Shown here piece by piece: positions 61,179 through 64,000 of a stretch of 64,000 nt of DNA. The notes under the pieces were generated by a model. That model did no database searches. It was not told the origin of the DNA and worked only from the letters and a program-made list of their open reading frames with translations. Every line of letters starts with the position of its first letter. The stretch's first letter is position 1. Source of the DNA: Macrostomum lignano (Eukaryota). Location of the stretch: assembly GCA_002269645.1 (NCBI GenBank), contig NIVC01001868.1, forward strand, positions 62,001 to 126,000, given 5' to 3'. The position numbers were made by a program, and so were the translations under genes.

Positions 61179-61587
61179 TTCTTTTCTTTTCTAATGCAAT
61201 ATTCTATTTTAAATTTCAATACAATTTTTTTAATAAACTATATAAACCTTCTGACTTTAGATTTGACATTTTACAAATTTTTAGAGCCAATGAGCTTTGA
61301 CATCTAGTAGAATAGGTGACCTTTATCTTCCTGCTATGTCTATAGACCACCCTATAATCTAACAAGTCTTGACATCTTAGCAATTCCCCATAAGCCCTTT
61401 TGAGTTTTCAAAGTTTTAAAGCTTTAAAGTTTCTATGCCTAAATGGTATAATAGTCTTAATCTAACATGATGCTTCTGTTAGTCTGACACAATGGCTTAG
61501 TCAGCATTAGTCTTGCTCTCTAGATTACTGCATATTCCAAATGCCATATACAGCATGCGCAGTATCTAGCTACCTTTCCATGCTTGG

Positions 61588-61747
61588 GCGCAACCTAGGG
61601 ATTCACCCGGCCGTTTCTATTGGCAACACACACATGTAAGTCACTATTGGATGGAATATTAGTCACGTGACTACTCTCAGTCAGCCAATAGCGACTTACA
61701 TGTGTGTGTTGCCAATAGAAACGGCCGAGTGATTCCCAAGGTTGCGC
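61588..61747. mobile_element. 160-bp foldback element (63-bp arms, 34-bp spacer)
   Basis: 61588-61650 is the reverse complement of 61685-61747 with ~4 mismatches; the spacer contains the palindrome TAGTCACGTGACTA. No TSD found. Confidence 0.75.
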
Positions 61748-63444
61748 ATGTATGTACCTCTCTAAGGTATCTGTCAAGGTCAAGGCCTTGGCATTATATA
61801 ATTATTATAGAAAGTTCACTAGCTACAGAAGGATATAGATAAATTATGGATATAGATAAGCTACATAAAAATTTTCAAGATATGGCTATGATAACAATAT
61901 GAGAAATTTGGTTATGGCAAAACTCTACCTACAAAGCAAATAATGATATTTTATCTTTGCACTTTATTTGATTTTTATTACTATTTGACAGGATATAGAT
62001 TTCCTAAAATAAAAAATTGATTGCACCATTTTGTCTAATACTATACTAAGGATTATTATCTTGCCCTAATCTTTAATTGCTAACTATAAAGATGTTATAA
62101 GATATTAATTTCTAATCTTAGCTGCTACCAGAAAGCTTCTTTATTTTCTAATGTAATACTTTGATAAACTTAAAATTGCAATATGTATTAGTATTATATT
62201 ATATAAAGTTAGAATATATTATATATTATTAGCCCAAGTAGTCATAGTCTTATAGCACTATATATTTCATTTTATGTATTCTTTAGTTTAATCATTATAT
62301 TCATTTTTATCAAGGGTTTCTTTCTTAGTCTAGGCATCACTAGGATCAGAGGGTCATAGCTTATATCCTAATAGATATTTGCCTTGAGGCAAGTTTTTAT
62401 ATTTTTTAATCTTTATGTTTCTATATTCTGTTAGATAATTTTGCCTTCAAGCATTTCCTTATATTTCTAAATGTAAAAGAATTCTTTCTAAATAATTACC
62501 AAAACAGAATATTATAGTTATGCAGTAACTGTAATAATAAAAAGGTATAATAGTATACATAATAATTTACCAATGTTTATGTCAAATGAACCAAAAAAGA
62601 AGAGCTAAAGAATGCAATAGAAATTTGGGGGACAAAACAACATAGAATATGCATGAAATTAATAGATGCATGTAAATAAAACTAAATAACTATGACTAAA
62701 TATGAATTCAATATGTAGTTACTATCAAATGTTTTGATTAGATAAATCTCTTTTTATTAAGACTTATTAAATATTGGGAAAAAGGCAACTCAAGCAATAT
62801 CTGCTGCATGGCAAAATGTGCTGCAAAAAAAATCATTGTGGGAAAACCTTGGCTGGCACTTGCTAATAATTCACTCATGAACAAATTGCAATAGAGGAAA
62901 TTCTTGGTGGGCAAATCTCAATGGAAAATTTGCTCATAGGCAAAATGCATTGCAGGCAAATCTTGATAGGCAATTTGTCTACAGGCAATTCTTGTGCTCC
63001 TTTATTTTCCAATAGGCTAATCTTACTATTCTATAATAAAAATTATTAACTGCAAAAAATCTATTTCTGTCCTACTTTTATATTAATAAAAAGGCTTCAT
63101 AATTAATCTTATGCATATATATATATATGCATAATATATCAGCTTATATATATATAAGCTGATCTGGCCAATCTGGCTAGGTAATAAGTTAAAGTTTATT
63201 TCCAAGGTGGTGACATTTTTGTATTGTAAAACACAATAGTTTGTATCACTACAAAATGTTTACAAATGTAGTTATGTTTTGAGAAACTTGTAAAGCAAGC
63301 TAGATAGCTTAAGAGTTAACATTTAGGGAGTTTTGAGTGATTGAAGAAAGAATTAAGATGCCTTGAAGTTAAGATTATTAATTTTTATTGCAAAAAAGCA
63401 AATACAAAAGCTATATATCTGGAAAGTTATTAACAAGTTTAAAT

Positions 63445-63796
63445 GGCCTATCAACTTAAGCCTATAAAGTGGAGCCTGAGTGACCTATGTACACAAATAA
63501 TATGTCATTCTGCTTACAATGACACTAGGAAGCTGAGTTTGGCAAAAAGTGACAAAAATTGAATTTTGGATGGGGGAAAACAAGCAAGGGGATAATAAGG
63601 ACTCTACTTTATGAGCTTAAGTTGACATAATAGTCCTTAATTATCCTCTTGATTGTTCTCCAAGTCCAATTTTTGTTGCTTTTTTGCCAAACCCAACTTC
63701 CTAGTGTCATTGTGAGCAGAATTACATATTATTTGTGTACATAGGTTACTTGGCTATGTCTATATACTCCACTTTATGAGCTTAAGTTGACAGGCC
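63445..63796. mobile_element. ~350-bp MITE-like element with long (~150 bp) diverged inverted arms
   Basis: 63445-63600 pairs with ~63630-63796 (GGCCT.TCAACTTAAGC..ATAAAGTGGAG ... ACCTATGTACACAAATAATATGT.ATTCTGCT.ACAATGACACTAGGAAG). Confidence 0.78.
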
Positions 63797-64000
63797 CTTT
63801 GGAAGTGAAATTGGGCCTCAGTTATTTTTTGAGTATTTTTAATTACTCATATTTATTCATAACAAATATAATATTATTCCAGAAACTGTTCTGCGGTTGC
63901 AATACTAAATTATTAGCAAATCATCCAGCATGTGCATATGCTAAAAATAAGAAATTTATTGGTGCAATAAAACACTTTTGACTTTAACAAGAGACTAAAG

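Overview
Eukaryotic, intron-containing animal DNA with GC-rich exons and minisatellite-filled introns. This style is reminiscent of the flatworm Macrostomum (inference only). Eight spliced genes could be assembled by hand with consistent GT-AG phases. Four lie on the + strand: a Josephin deubiquitinase, a xylosyltransferase, TAF2 and a rhodopsin-like GPCR. Four lie on the - strand: ABHD11, ADAP1, PRDX5 and an unassigned ~452-aa protein with a possible degenerate HDAC fold. The two blocks converge on a 25-34 kb repeat zone holding a Gypsy integrase/LTR fragment between two direct repeats. Nearly every larger intron and every gene flank carries a private tandem array, and most long ORFs in the track are artefacts of these arrays. 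Highlights: (1) ABHD11 intron 1 is made of about 55-60 tandem copies of its own 3' splice site plus the first 35 nt of exon 2. (2) In two genes an intronic array has an inverted copy upstream of the gene. (3) From about 56.3 kb to the end lies a transposon graveyard that is almost free of CpG. It includes a dead Mutator transposase whose stops and TIR mismatches are C>T transitions at CpG and also at CpA/TpG, which is a RIP-like pattern.
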